A stretch of DNA of 64,000 nt from a virus (IMGVR_UViG_3300042465_005697:28280-92279); one strand, 5' to 3'. Counted from the stretch's first letter, positions 20,191 to 29,059 are shown. Notes: generated by a model not told the origin, from the letters alone. Translations and numbers: made by a program.

Positions 20191-21564
20191 ATGAGAACAA
20201 ATATTGGTGGAATTCTATTAACCGAAGTTAATAGAATAAGAGAAATGATGGGTGTAAACATTATAAATGAAACGATAGATCCTGAAGCTTTACTTAAGAA
20301 AGTTTTAGGGGTCTCAGACGAGGTAGCCACGGGAATTGCAAAAGAAGCTGGTGATGATCTTGTAAAATATTCATCAAAATTGGCATCAATTGTTGGGGGT
20401 ACCGGAAGTATCTCAGATATTACAACTTATTTGTCAAAACAAGGTCTTGGAACTTCGGATAATGAAATCGTTGCTTGGATTAAAACACAACCAGAAATTA
20501 TAGATCAAATTGCAAGAAATTCTGATGAAATAATGACAAAGGCAAGTAAGATTGTATATGGTAAATTAAAATTGGATGAATTTTTAACACCTAACGCCCT
20601 TGATGTTATTAATACAACATTATCTATTAAGTTAGATGAAGATTCTGTAGATGTTATTATAAAATATATTGACAAATGTTTAGATGTTTTAACTAAAACG
20701 CCTCAACGAGGAAATAATTCCAATTTGGATACTTTAATTAAACAATTGGAAGATAAAAAGATATTATCGGTGAATTATAAAAATTCTATGAATAATCCAA
20801 CTAAAGTTGTTGATGATATTGCTGGAGGATCATCTAGGTCATTAGATGATGAATTTATTAATGACCCAAAAATAAAAAATGTTACAGATAATCAGAAATC
20901 AAAAATAGAATCTGACATTTCTTCAATGAGTGAACAAGAAGCTAAGACAATTTTGGACGAAATTAAAAATAAAAATGGTAAATTTTCTTCAGGTACTTTA
21001 TCAGCTAATGGTTTAACAAAAGAACAGATTGAGAAATTTGGTGGTATGGTTGGTTCGATACTCCTCATGCCACTTAATCTTGTGACTAGAATTCTTAAAA
21101 CTTTAGGTTTTAATGTACAAGTAAGTCCCGTTAAAGCATATCTTTCATTAGCGTTACTTAGTTTAATCGGATATACCACTTACAAATGGTATAATGGTGA
21201 ATTTTCTCTTTCACAAGCACTCCCAAAAATAGATACGTCAGATGAAAATTGCGTACAAAATGTTGTTGGTTATGATACACTTACTAAGGATATGAAAAAT
21301 TTTGTCGCAATACAATTTGGTTGTAGAAAAACAAAAGATATTGATGCAAATTCTACTGAAAAAATAACTGGATTTGGTAATGTAACAACAAACCAAATTT
21401 CAGTTATCTACTCAAACGCAAATTGTAATAAAATATACGAAATAAGTGCTGGTGGTATGGGTGAATTAATTGGGGACACTTGTAGTGGGTCTACTTCGGG
21501 TGGAGGTGAGGAAGAAACAACAACTCCTGATGTAGGTGAAGAAGGGGCATTAGATGAATTATAA
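20191..21564 (+). CDS. hypothetical protein, paralog B of tandem pair (C-terminal TM segment)
   Basis: 457 aa; conserved N-terminal half, divergent C-terminal half. Confidence 0.55.
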   Translation: MRTNIGGILLTEVNRIREMMGVNIINETIDPEALLKKVLGVSDEVATGIAKEAGDDLVKYSSKLASIVGGTGSISDITTYLSKQGLGTSDNEIVAWIKTQPEIIDQIARNSDEIMTKASKIVYGKLKLDEFLTPNALDVINTTLSIKLDEDSVDVIIKYIDKCLDVLTKTPQRGNNSNLDTLIKQLEDKKILSVNYKNSMNNPTKVVDDIAGGSSRSLDDEFINDPKIKNVTDNQKSKIESDISSMSEQEAKTILDEIKNKNGKFSSGTLSANGLTKEQIEKFGGMVGSILLMPLNLVTRILKTLGFNVQVSPVKAYLSLALLSLIGYTTYKWYNGEFSLSQALPKIDTSDENCVQNVVGYDTLTKDMKNFVAIQFGCRKTKDIDANSTEKITGFGNVTTNQISVIYSNANCNKIYEISAGGMGELIGDTCSGSTSGGGEEETTTPDVGEEGALDEL

Positions 21565-21575
21565 AAAAAAATAAT

Positions 21576-23663
21576 ATGGAGCAAGATAGAAAAAAATTAT
21601 ATGAGTATTTACATACCCATATAAATACTGAGACAAATAAACATTATACTAGTAAAACATATTCCGTATTTGATTCGTCATATTATCAAAATGAATCAGG
21701 TGCTAATACATTATACTCCTCAGTATATAAATGGAAATTATATACTAAAGATAAAAAAAGTTTTTACAATAAATATCTTTGTGATTTAAATTGGGCGAAA
21801 TCGACAAGTAATTGTAAAACATCATCAACTGATGAACCAGTGGTAGATCCTGTTGTTATAACACCAGGTGGTAGATACAGTGATTGTACTGGAAAAACAT
21901 ACAGTAAAGGTTGTACAGACACTGAAGGAATTATTAGAAAAGTTCAAGGATGTCTTGGAACAACTGTTGATGGTAAATTTTGGTCAAAAACTGAGGATGC
22001 GTTAATGTCAAAAACAGGTAAAAACACTTTCACAAAGGAAGATGTTAGTAAAATCTGTTCGGGTGTATCAACCGATGGAGGTCCCCTAAAACCATTTGGT
22101 ATTGAGGAACAAAAAATATATTGGGAAGATCTTAAAAGTGAAGGTCAAATAACCACATTAGGTACCCCATTAACAAGTACAAAAAATAATGTTGTTGTTT
22201 ATGTTTATAAGAAAAACAGAACAACAGACAAAAAAGAAAAAATAACTTCAAATGAGGTTAATTGGAAATCGTCACCAGAAATTAAAGATGCGTTACTTAA
22301 GAGTTTTGAGGTATATGATTATATTGTATTACATCCGATAAATCCAAACACTCCAAATATGCCAGGTGAGGTTAGTATTATGACCGCAGGTTTAAATCAA
22401 GATGACGAGGTTGTAATTTCAACGGTTACTGCAGGTAGATGGGCACCAGCACAAAAAACTGTGTCATATGATTCTGAGGAATCTAATGATTTAATGGCAG
22501 AAACAATACAAAAGATTTTAAAAGGTAGGTTAATTGAACAGAATGTTACACTTACAAAACATTCATCACCAGACCCAACAATAAAAGGTACTGATATTGC
22601 ATCTACATCAACTAAAGATAGTGGTACGGGTACCTCAACTACAACAACTAAATCAACAATCACACCAAAAACAATTGATGTTAAAGTTGAGACAGAAAAA
22701 ATAATGACCCCAATCAAACAAAGGGCATTAAATAAAATTCAAGAGTGGGATGATTATAATGAGGGATTATCAGGACTGTCAGTAAGATCTGCGGGTAAAG
22801 GTAAAATAAATACTGAAATAGATAAAGCAAGATCAATAATTCAATCTGTTGAACCTAAAGATTTTTGTTCAAATGATGTTAAATCACAAATTAATAGTGC
22901 AAAGACGGACATCAACAAAAAGAAAAAGGAATATAGTTCAATCTTAACTAGTCAAGACAACAAATTTATGTCTGAATTGGAAGCATTGTTAAATGACCTT
23001 ATAGTTGGTTGTGAAACAATTCAAACTAAAGTTAAATCATCAGAAATGTCAGCAACAGTTGGTGGAACGACAGTTAGTGGAACAAAACCTGAATCTATGT
23101 CAACAACAGTTAGTGGAACAAAACCTGAATCTATGACAACATCGGAATTAAAGAAAGAAGAAGAGTCAATACCGGATTGTTCAAATTCAGTAACAATGTT
23201 AGTTGATTATGTGATTTCAGGTTTACAAGGTGTTATGTTAGATCAAACAAAAATTGATAAACAAAAAAGTGATTTATGTTATTGTCATAGAACAGGTGGA
23301 TTTAATAGTATGAATGCCAGAACAAAAGTTGGTGATATATTTAAAGACAAAATAAAGTCATATGATCTTAAAAGTGATTTTAAAACTAAAGTAGCGCCTG
23401 ATAAACAATTGTTTAGACCATTAATAAATAGAAATTTAGGTTGGAATGAAATACAAAGATTAATCCAAGGTAAACCAGTATTTAATGTAACTATTAACTC
23501 ACGATATATTGATAGAAACTTTGGTACAGAAAATTGTTATAGAGCCGTTAATGAGTCAATTAACTCTAAAGTTAAAAGACATATGACGGAAGCAATTAAG
23601 ACTAAAAGAAAAGATGTTATGGTTGAATCAATCTTAAAGGATATTAAAGGATTGAGAAAATAA
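21576..23663 (+). CDS. large hypothetical protein with internal 42-bp tandem repeat
   Basis: 695 aa; TVSGTKPESM(S/T)T duplicated (nt 23059..23142); T/S-rich linker. Confidence 0.55.
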   Translation: MEQDRKKLYEYLHTHINTETNKHYTSKTYSVFDSSYYQNESGANTLYSSVYKWKLYTKDKKSFYNKYLCDLNWAKSTSNCKTSSTDEPVVDPVVITPGGRYSDCTGKTYSKGCTDTEGIIRKVQGCLGTTVDGKFWSKTEDALMSKTGKNTFTKEDVSKICSGVSTDGGPLKPFGIEEQKIYWEDLKSEGQITTLGTPLTSTKNNVVVYVYKKNRTTDKKEKITSNEVNWKSSPEIKDALLKSFEVYDYIVLHPINPNTPNMPGEVSIMTAGLNQDDEVVISTVTAGRWAPAQKTVSYDSEESNDLMAETIQKILKGRLIEQNVTLTKHSSPDPTIKGTDIASTSTKDSGTGTSTTTTKSTITPKTIDVKVETEKIMTPIKQRALNKIQEWDDYNEGLSGLSVRSAGKGKINTEIDKARSIIQSVEPKDFCSNDVKSQINSAKTDINKKKKEYSSILTSQDNKFMSELEALLNDLIVGCETIQTKVKSSEMSATVGGTTVSGTKPESMSTTVSGTKPESMTTSELKKEEESIPDCSNSVTMLVDYVISGLQGVMLDQTKIDKQKSDLCYCHRTGGFNSMNARTKVGDIFKDKIKSYDLKSDFKTKVAPDKQLFRPLINRNLGWNEIQRLIQGKPVFNVTINSRYIDRNFGTENCYRAVNESINSKVKRHMTEAIKTKRKDVMVESILKDIKGLRK
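23059..23142 (+). repeat. 42-bp in-frame tandem duplication inside CDS 21576..23663
   Basis: acagttagtggaacaaaacctgaatctatg repeated twice. Confidence 0.6.
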
Positions 23664-23743
23664 CCGAAGATGCTTATCTGACGTAGTGGTTGGATGAGGA
23701 TAAACCATCAAAAGGAAGGGAGGTGTTTATTATCTAGCAATTT

Positions 23744-23770
23744 AGGAACTCAGGTTCCTATTTTGTTTTA
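23744..23770 (+). terminator. intrinsic terminator (aggaac/gttcct + T-run)
   Basis: After stop of 21576..23663. Confidence 0.5.
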
Positions 23771-23776
23771 TACCTA

Positions 23777-23807
23777 TTGATATTTCAAAAAATAGTACAT
23801 ATATTTG
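23777..23807 (+). promoter_or_regulatory. Bacteroidota-type sigma-A promoter (TTG-N20-TATATTTG)
   Basis: Match to -33 TTG / -7 TAnnTTTG consensus with 20-nt spacer. Confidence 0.45.
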
Positions 23808-23811
23808 TCAT

Positions 23812-23997
23812 ATGTATGTAATAGTTAAACACGTTAAAATGAATTCAAGTCCTATGAGTAGGAAAGTCCCTGTAATACTTTTAAATAGTGATACTGAGGT
23901 TTGGGAGTTTGAAACTGAAAAAGAGGCTGAAGAAATGAAAGAGATTTTCCAGACCAATTCCGATTCAGGTCATAAATATGAAGTTAAAAAACTTTAA
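23812..23997 (+). CDS. hypothetical small protein
   Basis: 61-aa ORF just downstream of promoter. Confidence 0.35.
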   Translation: MYVIVKHVKMNSSPMSRKVPVILLNSDTEVWEFETEKEAEEMKEIFQTNSDSGHKYEVKKL

Positions 23998-24003
23998 CAA
24001 TTT

Positions 24004-24076
24004 GGTCCCATGATGTAATTGGATAACATATTTCTCTTCTAAAGAAATCTTTCAGGTTCGAACCCTGATGGGACTA
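24004..24076 (+). tRNA. tRNA-Arg(TCT)
   Basis: Hand-folded cloverleaf: acceptor ggtccca/tgggact, anticodon loop cttctaa, T-arm tcagg-ttcgaac-cctga. Confidence 0.75.
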
Positions 24077-24140
24077 CTATTTTTTTTAGGTTTTGGTTCG
24101 TTTTTGTCAATTGTTGATATTTATAATAAAGAGGTATAAT

Positions 24141-24746
24141 ATGGGTATTGACGAAAAATATAAAAAAGAAGATCTTGAAAGATTAATTTTTATTGAAAAC
24201 AAATCTTATCGGGAAATAGGAAGGATCTATTCTGTTAGTGATACATACATAAAAAAAATTGCTAATAAATTAGGTATTTCTTTAAGGAAACGAAAAGAAC
24301 AACCTGAAGGATTTAAACCACATAACACCGGAAAGGCAAAAAAAATTAATTGCCAACAATGTGAAAAAGAATTAACACCTTATTCAAAACATCAAAAATT
24401 TTGTTCTATGGAATGTGGTGTTAATTATAAGGTTTTTAAGAAATATGAATCATATCTTGAAAACCAAAAAGATTATTGTCACACCAACGATATGAGATTT
24501 GTTAAAAAACACATATTAAATGATCAAAACAATAAATGTTTAATTTGTGACATTGATAATAAATGGAATGGTAAATCATTAATCTTTATTTTAGATCATA
24601 TCGATGGTAACGCATCAAATAATTTTAGAATTAACTTAAGATTAATATGTCATAATTGTGATTCACAATTAGAAACTTATAAGTCAAAAAATAAAAATTC
24701 CGCAAGAAAAGAAAGATATTTAAAAAATTATAAAAACAATGGATGA
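24141..24746 (+). CDS. HNH homing endonuclease-like protein
   Basis: Cys-rich zinc-binding segments and HNH-like motif ...DHIDGNASNN...NLRLICHNCD; sits inside the tRNA island. Confidence 0.6.
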   Translation: MGIDEKYKKEDLERLIFIENKSYREIGRIYSVSDTYIKKIANKLGISLRKRKEQPEGFKPHNTGKAKKINCQQCEKELTPYSKHQKFCSMECGVNYKVFKKYESYLENQKDYCHTNDMRFVKKHILNDQNNKCLICDIDNKWNGKSLIFILDHIDGNASNNFRINLRLICHNCDSQLETYKSKNKNSARKERYLKNYKNNG

Positions 24747-24859
24747 AACATTAGAAGAGATGCACATTGAGTTTATTAACTCCGAAGAATATTGTGTCTT
24801 ATTACAGAGATTTAGAGACGAAGAAGAGGAAAGATATTCAACAAAATAAAAAATAATAC

Positions 24860-24889
24860 TTGTCAAATGAAAAAGTTTGACTATATTTG
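24860..24889 (+). promoter_or_regulatory. Bacteroidota-type promoter (TTG-N19-TATATTTG)
   Basis: Consensus match. Confidence 0.4.
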
Positions 24890-25081
24890 TACCATAATTA
24901 AGATTTTAACAAAAAACGATATATTTATAACAAGATGAAAACAACACAGAAACATATGAGCTTTAATTCCCCGTGTAATAATTGGGTCAAGTCGTATAGT
25001 ACGCTAATTCGCGTATCTCGGTGTCTTTCATTAAATTTTATGGTATAACGTATCATCATAATATAACCACAAATGGATTGA

Positions 25082-25114
25082 CCCGAGATTTTTAAAGAGA
25101 TCTCGGGTTTTTTC
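25082..25114 (+). terminator. intrinsic terminator (cccgagat...atctcggg + T6)
   Basis: 8-bp stem followed by TTTTTT, immediately 5' of the tRNA-Thr gene. Confidence 0.55.
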
Positions 25115-25122
25115 GTTTATAA

Positions 25123-25195
25123 GCTTTCTTAACTCAGTTGGTAGAGTGCTTCACTTGTAATGAAGATGTCATCGGTTCGACTCCGGTAGAAAGCT
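25123..25195 (+). tRNA. tRNA-Thr(TGT)
   Basis: Acceptor gctttct/agaaagc, D-stem actc/gagt, anticodon loop cttgtaa, T-arm atcgg-ttcgact-ccggt. Confidence 0.8.
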
Positions 25196-25233
25196 CAGAA
25201 CAAATGTTCTTTGACATATTGGCAAATTTAAAT

Positions 25234-25304
25234 TCTCTCCTCGTCTAGCGGCAGGACCCTTGGTTTTGGGCCAAGTGACCGAGGTTCGAATCCTTGGGAG
25301 AGAT
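25234..25304 (+). tRNA. tRNA-Gln(TTG)
   Basis: U1-A72 start typical of bacterial tRNA-Gln; anticodon loop ttttggg; T-arm cgagg-ttcgaat-ccttg. Confidence 0.75.
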
Positions 25305-25309
25305 CATAA

Positions 25310-25393
25310 GGAAGTTTAATTAATCTGGCGATTAACCTAGTCTTGAAAACTAGTGGTACCGAAAGGTATGGGGATCGATACCTCAGGCTTCCT
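25310..25393 (+). tRNA. tRNA-Ser(TGA), type II
   Basis: GGAAGTT acceptor (cf. E. coli Ser GGAAGTG); anticodon loop cttgaaa; long variable arm tacc-gaaa-ggta; atypical T-loop atcgata. Confidence 0.65.
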
Positions 25394-25460
25394 CTAACTA
25401 ACACAGAGTTGAATGATACGAGCCTGTAAAGTTCGAAAGGAGTCATGGTGTTGGTTTTTA

Positions 25461-25537
25461 ACGAGTAGTAGAGGAGTCTGGTTTATCTCGGGCCGTTTGG
25501 GGCGGTCAGCACGTTGGTTCAAATCCAACCTATTCGA
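25461..25537 (+). tRNA. tRNA-Pro(TGG)
   Basis: C1-G72 start; anticodon loop tttgggg; T-arm gttgg-ttcaaat-ccaac. Confidence 0.75.
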
Positions 25538-25606
25538 CTAAATAAATAAACAATTAAAAACAAGTATCATGGAAAGTGACAAGAGCGACAAGAGTCGCAA
25601 ACAGAA

Positions 25607-25677
25607 TCCCTCGAAGCTTTAAAGTGAAGCTTTCCGCTTTTAACGGAAAGAAGTCGGAGCGTTACCGTCCGGGGGAA
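25607..25677 (+). tRNA. tRNA-Lys(TTT)-like, atypical (no GG in D-loop, non-canonical T-loop); possible pseudo-tRNA
   Basis: 7-bp acceptor tccctcg/cggggga, D-stem gctt/aagc, perfect anticodon arm ttccg-cttttaa-cggaa identical to bacterial Lys loop, weak T-arm gtcgg-agcgtta-ccgtc. Confidence 0.3.
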
Positions 25678-25832
25678 CAAAAAAATTCAGATTAATACCT
25701 GAATATCAAAATAAAGTATTAACTTTGTGGTATGGTGTTGGTCTTAAATCCCAGTAGGAAGACACACTTAAATAAAACACACAATGGGGAAAGTGTCGAC
25801 TTAAGAAACGGCAAGTATCAACGAAGGGACAC

Positions 25833-25905
25833 GCACCTTTAGCTCAGTTGGTAGAGCGTTGCTTTTACATAGCAAATGTCATAGGTTCGAATCCTATAGG
25901 GTGTA
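25833..25905 (+). tRNA. tRNA-Val(TAC)
   Basis: D-arm gctc-agttggtag-agc, anticodon loop tttacat, T-arm atagg-ttcgaat-cctat; acceptor has two G-U pairs. Confidence 0.7.
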
Positions 25906-25915
25906 CAAAAAATTG

Positions 25916-25988
25916 GGGAGTATCGGCAGGGTCCTGATCGTGTCTGTAAAACATCGTCTTGGTGGTTCGATTCCATCTGCTCCCACCA
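25916..25988 (+). tRNA. short atypical tRNA-like gene with genomically encoded 3' ACCA; possible anticodon GTA (Tyr) but D/anticodon arms irregular
   Basis: Acceptor gggagta/tgctccc, T-arm ggtgg-ttcgatt-ccatc, then a-cca; only a 4-bp anticodon-like stem gtgt/acat around loop ctgtaaa. Confidence 0.3.
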
Positions 25989-25994
25989 AAAAAA

Positions 25995-26067
25995 GGAACA
26001 GTATCTTAATTGGTGAAGAATTTGACTGTTAATCAAAAGATTGTAGGTTCGAGTCCTGCCTGTTCCG
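25995..26067 (+). tRNA. tRNA-Asn(GTT)
   Basis: Acceptor ggaacag/ctgttcc, anticodon arm tttga-ctgttaa-tcaaa. Confidence 0.8.
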
Positions 26068-26073
26068 CAATAT

Positions 26074-26147
26074 ATTCATGTAGCTCAGTTGGTTAGAGCG
26101 TCTCGCTGATACCGAGAAGGTCATAGGTTCAAATCCTATCTTGAATA
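26074..26147 (+). tRNA. tRNA-Ile(GAT)
   Basis: A1 start as in bacterial Ile; D-arm gctc-agttggttag-agc; anticodon arm tctcg-ctgatac-cgaga. Confidence 0.75.
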
Positions 26148-26205
26148 CAAAAAGGGGAATAAATAGTGTGGGTGCCCCAACTACTGCAGTAGTACCACAC
26201 TCAAT

Positions 26206-26294
26206 GGAAAGAAATCCCTGAAGGCGACGGGACCTACCTGCTAAGTAGTGTGACCGGTGAGAATCCGGTTGTGGATCGTTACCACTTCTTTCCT
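26206..26294 (+). tRNA. tRNA-Ser(GCT), type II
   Basis: Acceptor ggaaaga/tctttcc perfect; anticodon loop ctgctaa; variable arm accgg-tgagaat-ccggt; T-loop atcgtta. Confidence 0.7.
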
Positions 26295-26300
26295 CAATAT

Positions 26301-26371
26301 GCCGAGTGGTCTGGGACCGAGGTTGGTTCATATCCGACCTTAGAGTGGATCGTTACCATTACTCGGTACCA
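26301..26371 (+). tRNA. short (68 nt + CCA) tRNA-Met/Ile2(CAT)-like with reduced D-arm and encoded CCA
   Basis: Acceptor gccgagt/actcggt, anticodon arm gttgg-ttcatat-ccgac, T-arm agtgg-atcgtta-ccatt then a-cca; D-arm only ~11 nt. Confidence 0.45.
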
Positions 26372-26548
26372 AGAAGATTGGTGTAATCGTTAGTTAGGGT
26401 GAACAGTTCATTACTTTGAAACTACTATGTAACATATTCTGAAGATAGTGTTTAATTACGTAAACGGACACGAAAATAGGAATGTGGGTCAACAACATAC
26501 CATACGTGGAGTGTGGAGTTCCAAAATCGGGGATCTTTGATATTAAAT

Positions 26549-26622
26549 GGTGTTTGTAGCTCAATCGGAAGAGTGTCGGTTTGTGGAACCGAAGGTAGTG
26601 GGATCGAAACCCACCATTCACC
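26549..26622 (+). tRNA. tRNA-His(GTG) with G-1
   Basis: Extra 5' G opposite discriminator C; anticodon arm tcggt-ttgtgga-accga; T-arm gtggg-atcgaaa-cccac; two U-U mismatches in acceptor. Confidence 0.6.
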
Positions 26623-26628
26623 CAAATT

Positions 26629-26701
26629 GCCCACATAGTTCAACTGAACAGAATACCCGACTACGGATCGGGAGATAGGAGTTTGAATCTCTTTGAGGGT
26701 A
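26629..26701 (+). tRNA. tRNA-Arg(ACG)
   Basis: Anticodon arm cccga-ctacgga-tcggg (cf. E. coli ctacgaa); D-stem gttc/gaat; T-arm aggag-tttgaat-ctctt. Confidence 0.7.
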
Positions 26702-26765
26702 CAATAAACTAAAATTTGCTTAATAAACAAGGTTAGTTTATTGAGCAAAAACAGGTTTATCATTT

Positions 26766-26839
26766 ACGTCTGTAGCTCCAATTGGTAGAGCATTGGATTC
26801 CAAATCCGAGTGTTGGTGGTTCGAATCCATCCAGGCGTG
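26766..26839 (+). tRNA. tRNA-Trp(CCA)
   Basis: A1 start; D-arm gctc-caattggtag-agc; anticodon loop ttccaaa; T-arm ggtgg-ttcgaat-ccatc. Confidence 0.8.
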
Positions 26840-26948
26840 CATAGGACGGGAGGCAAGTGTTGGGGGTACAACCGTTAGGATACCCCAACCGAGTCCTCCC
26901 CGAAGAAATTAAATTTTGCCAATTAAAAAAGTTTTTGTATCTTTACAG

Positions 26949-27444
26949 TATGAAAGAAGGATTACCATACTGTACGACAAAAGAAGCGATTAAGGGATAT
27001 GAAGAGTCTACAATTGCAAAAAGAGAGACCAATGATTGTGTTGTGAGAGCATTTGCATCTTGTTTTGATTTACCTTACAATAGGGCTCACGAATACGTTA
27101 AAGTAAACTTTGGACGTAGGGATCGTAACGGCACTTATGGTACTGTAAATAGAATGGGTGAACTTGCAAAAAAAGGAACTCAAGTAAACTATAAAAAAGT
27201 TAAATGTGTTGGTATACTAAATGAATATCATAAACATACGTTGGAGTATACTGTTAAAGTGAAGGGAGAAAGAGTTAACCGTAAAATGACTGTTGGTACT
27301 TTTACAAAACAAAACCCTGTTGGAACATTCTTCATTCTTGTTTCAAGACACGCCTTCACGATTAAAGATGGTGTTGTTATTGGTAATTGGGATGATGCGG
27401 TAAAAAAGAAACGTATTATAAAACATGCGTTTGAGGTTAAATAA
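26949..27444 (+). CDS. hypothetical protein embedded in tRNA cluster
   Basis: Likely start MKEGLPYCTTKEAIKGYEE within ORF 26857..27444; stop abuts tRNA-Phe. Confidence 0.45.
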
Positions 27445-27517
27445 GGACAGGTAGCTCAGTTGGTAGAGCACCACATTGAAGATGTGGGTGTCGGAGGTTC
27501 GATTCCCTCTCTGTCCA
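27445..27517 (+). tRNA. tRNA-Phe(GAA)
   Basis: ggacagg...cctgtcc acceptor, anticodon arm ccaca-ttgaaga-tgtgg, T-arm ggagg-ttcgatt-ccctc. Confidence 0.85.
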
Positions 27518-27523
27518 CAAAAT

Positions 27524-27593
27524 GCTCAAGTTGATCGTGGTGGTCGGTTAGTCTGCAAAACTAATGGTGTAAGTTCGATTCTTACCTTGAGCT
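27524..27593 (+). tRNA. tRNA-Cys(GCA)
   Basis: Perfect acceptor gctcaag/cttgagc; anticodon arm ttagt-ctgcaaa-actaa; T-arm gtaag-ttcgatt-cttac. Confidence 0.7.
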
Positions 27594-27602
27594 CAATAAA
27601 AT

Positions 27603-27684
27603 GCCCGAGTGGAGGAATTGGTAGTCTCGTCAGATTTAGGATCTGATTACTTCGGTAGTGTGGGTTCGAGTCCCACCTTGGGTA
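27603..27684 (+). tRNA. tRNA-Leu(TAG), type II
   Basis: D-arm gagg-aattggtag-tctc, anticodon arm tcaga-tttagga-tctga, variable hairpin tac-ttcg-gta, T-arm gtggg-ttcgagt-cccac. Confidence 0.8.
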
Positions 27685-27762
27685 CAAATAATACAATAAT
27701 TAACATAAAAATATTTGGTTTATTAAATAAGAGTAAGTATCTTTGATAAAAATAAATAAATT

Positions 27763-28023
27763 ATGGTGGTTATGGTAAGAAAAATGGCAGGTCCAATATT
27801 GTTAATAACGGGGATATTAATAATGACTCTCAGTATTTCACACTTCGTCCTCAAAGAGGACACAGAATGTGATCAGGTTATATTCCTTGAAGGGGAGATG
27901 AGTATGGACGTGATGGATGTTAATTCCTACGAAAATGGTATGTCTACCATTTATTTATGTGATGGTAAAACATTACGAGTACCAACTAGTAGAATAATTA
28001 AAATTGTAGATAAAGAAATATGA
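27763..28023 (+). CDS. small membrane protein
   Basis: 86-aa ORF with N-terminal TM helix. Confidence 0.35.
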   Translation: MVVMVRKMAGPILLITGILIMTLSISHFVLKEDTECDQVIFLEGEMSMDVMDVNSYENGMSTIYLCDGKTLRVPTSRIIKIVDKEI

Positions 28024-28247
28024 AAAATAATATGAGTAGGGAATTTGATAACACAACATTTAATTACATTGCAAACTCATTAAAAGAGACCGTTAACAGA
28101 ATGAACTATACAGGTGATATTTCTGACCTTGGTAATGAAATTGGTGTTGTTGTGGGGTTGGCATTTAAAGATATGACCGATGATGATATAACCGAATTTA
28201 TTCACGGTTTTAAACATGGGGTAAGTTTAACAAATGGAACTCATTAA
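28020..28247 (+). CDS. hypothetical small protein
   Basis: 75-aa ORF, ATGA overlap with previous. Confidence 0.35.
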   Translation: MKNNMSREFDNTTFNYIANSLKETVNRMNYTGDISDLGNEIGVVVGLAFKDMTDDDITEFIHGFKHGVSLTNGTH

Positions 28248-28788
28248 AATATTACCCCTGCTCGAAGTAAACAAATAACTGGTGTGTAATCCGCCCTGTA
28301 TATAGGTACAGAAACTAAATGAAGTTAGAATCCATAACCAAGAGTGGAGTTGTTTGTAGAGAGATAATATCTGTGAGGTCGTACTCTGGTTAAATTATTC
28401 AGCAACTTGGGCTGACAGGGTATGTTATTAAAACTAAGGAAATAGGCAGCTAGAACTGTCACAGGCTCACAAGAGAAAGTAGTATAATGTAGTACGCCTT
28501 AGTTTTATTAAATGTGTTGTTCATGTGAGGTATGAAGGTAATACTAATAAATTGTACAATAAGTGATGGGTACACAACACTGAGGTTCTCAACCTCAACT
28601 ATTAAAACCAATCCGGTTAAAGGATAAACACCAGCCGGCCCCGATTTGCGGTGAGTAATCACTTTAGGGATAAAACTTTAGGTGCGTGTAGGGATATTGG
28701 GAGCCCTACAAAAAATACCGATGGGGTCCTAAGATAGAAATATTGAAAAAGACATGCAAGACCTCGTGAAAGTAAAGGCGTCGGTATT

Positions 28789-28893
28789 GGTCAGGTGGCG
28801 GAATGGTAGACGTTATAGGGGCGATGATTAAGTGGTTAGGATTGTAAGACTTCCTCGAATAACCACATACAGGTTCGAATCCTGTCCTGACTA
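28789..28893 (+). ncRNA. tRNA-like module U1 (type-II-like D-arm GCGGAATGGTAGACG, long internal hairpins, canonical T-arm+acceptor); not a standard cloverleaf
   Basis: 5' GGTCAGGTG + ... + ACAGGTTCGAATCCTGTCCTGACTAC 3'; no 5-7-5 anticodon arm found. Confidence 0.5.
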
Positions 28894-29059
28894 CACATAG
28901 TCCTCTGCGTAGTACTGCGTATGGATCGAAGATAGGGAAAGCCTCTTGAACGTTAGTTAGAATATTTCGGTATTCTTTAATCAATGCTCACATCGCCCTC
29001 CGAATCGTGTGTCGGCACAGTTTGTACGTTCTGGGGATAAACCAAAAACGTACATTTTT

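Noticed and set aside
25228-26763. Six-frame ORFs 25228..25446(-), 25839..26036(-), 26029..26331(-), 26394..26636(-), 26452..26763(-)
   Set aside because: They lie entirely across back-to-back tRNA genes and hairpins on the opposite strand. Their composition is unlike the real genes, so they are spurious.
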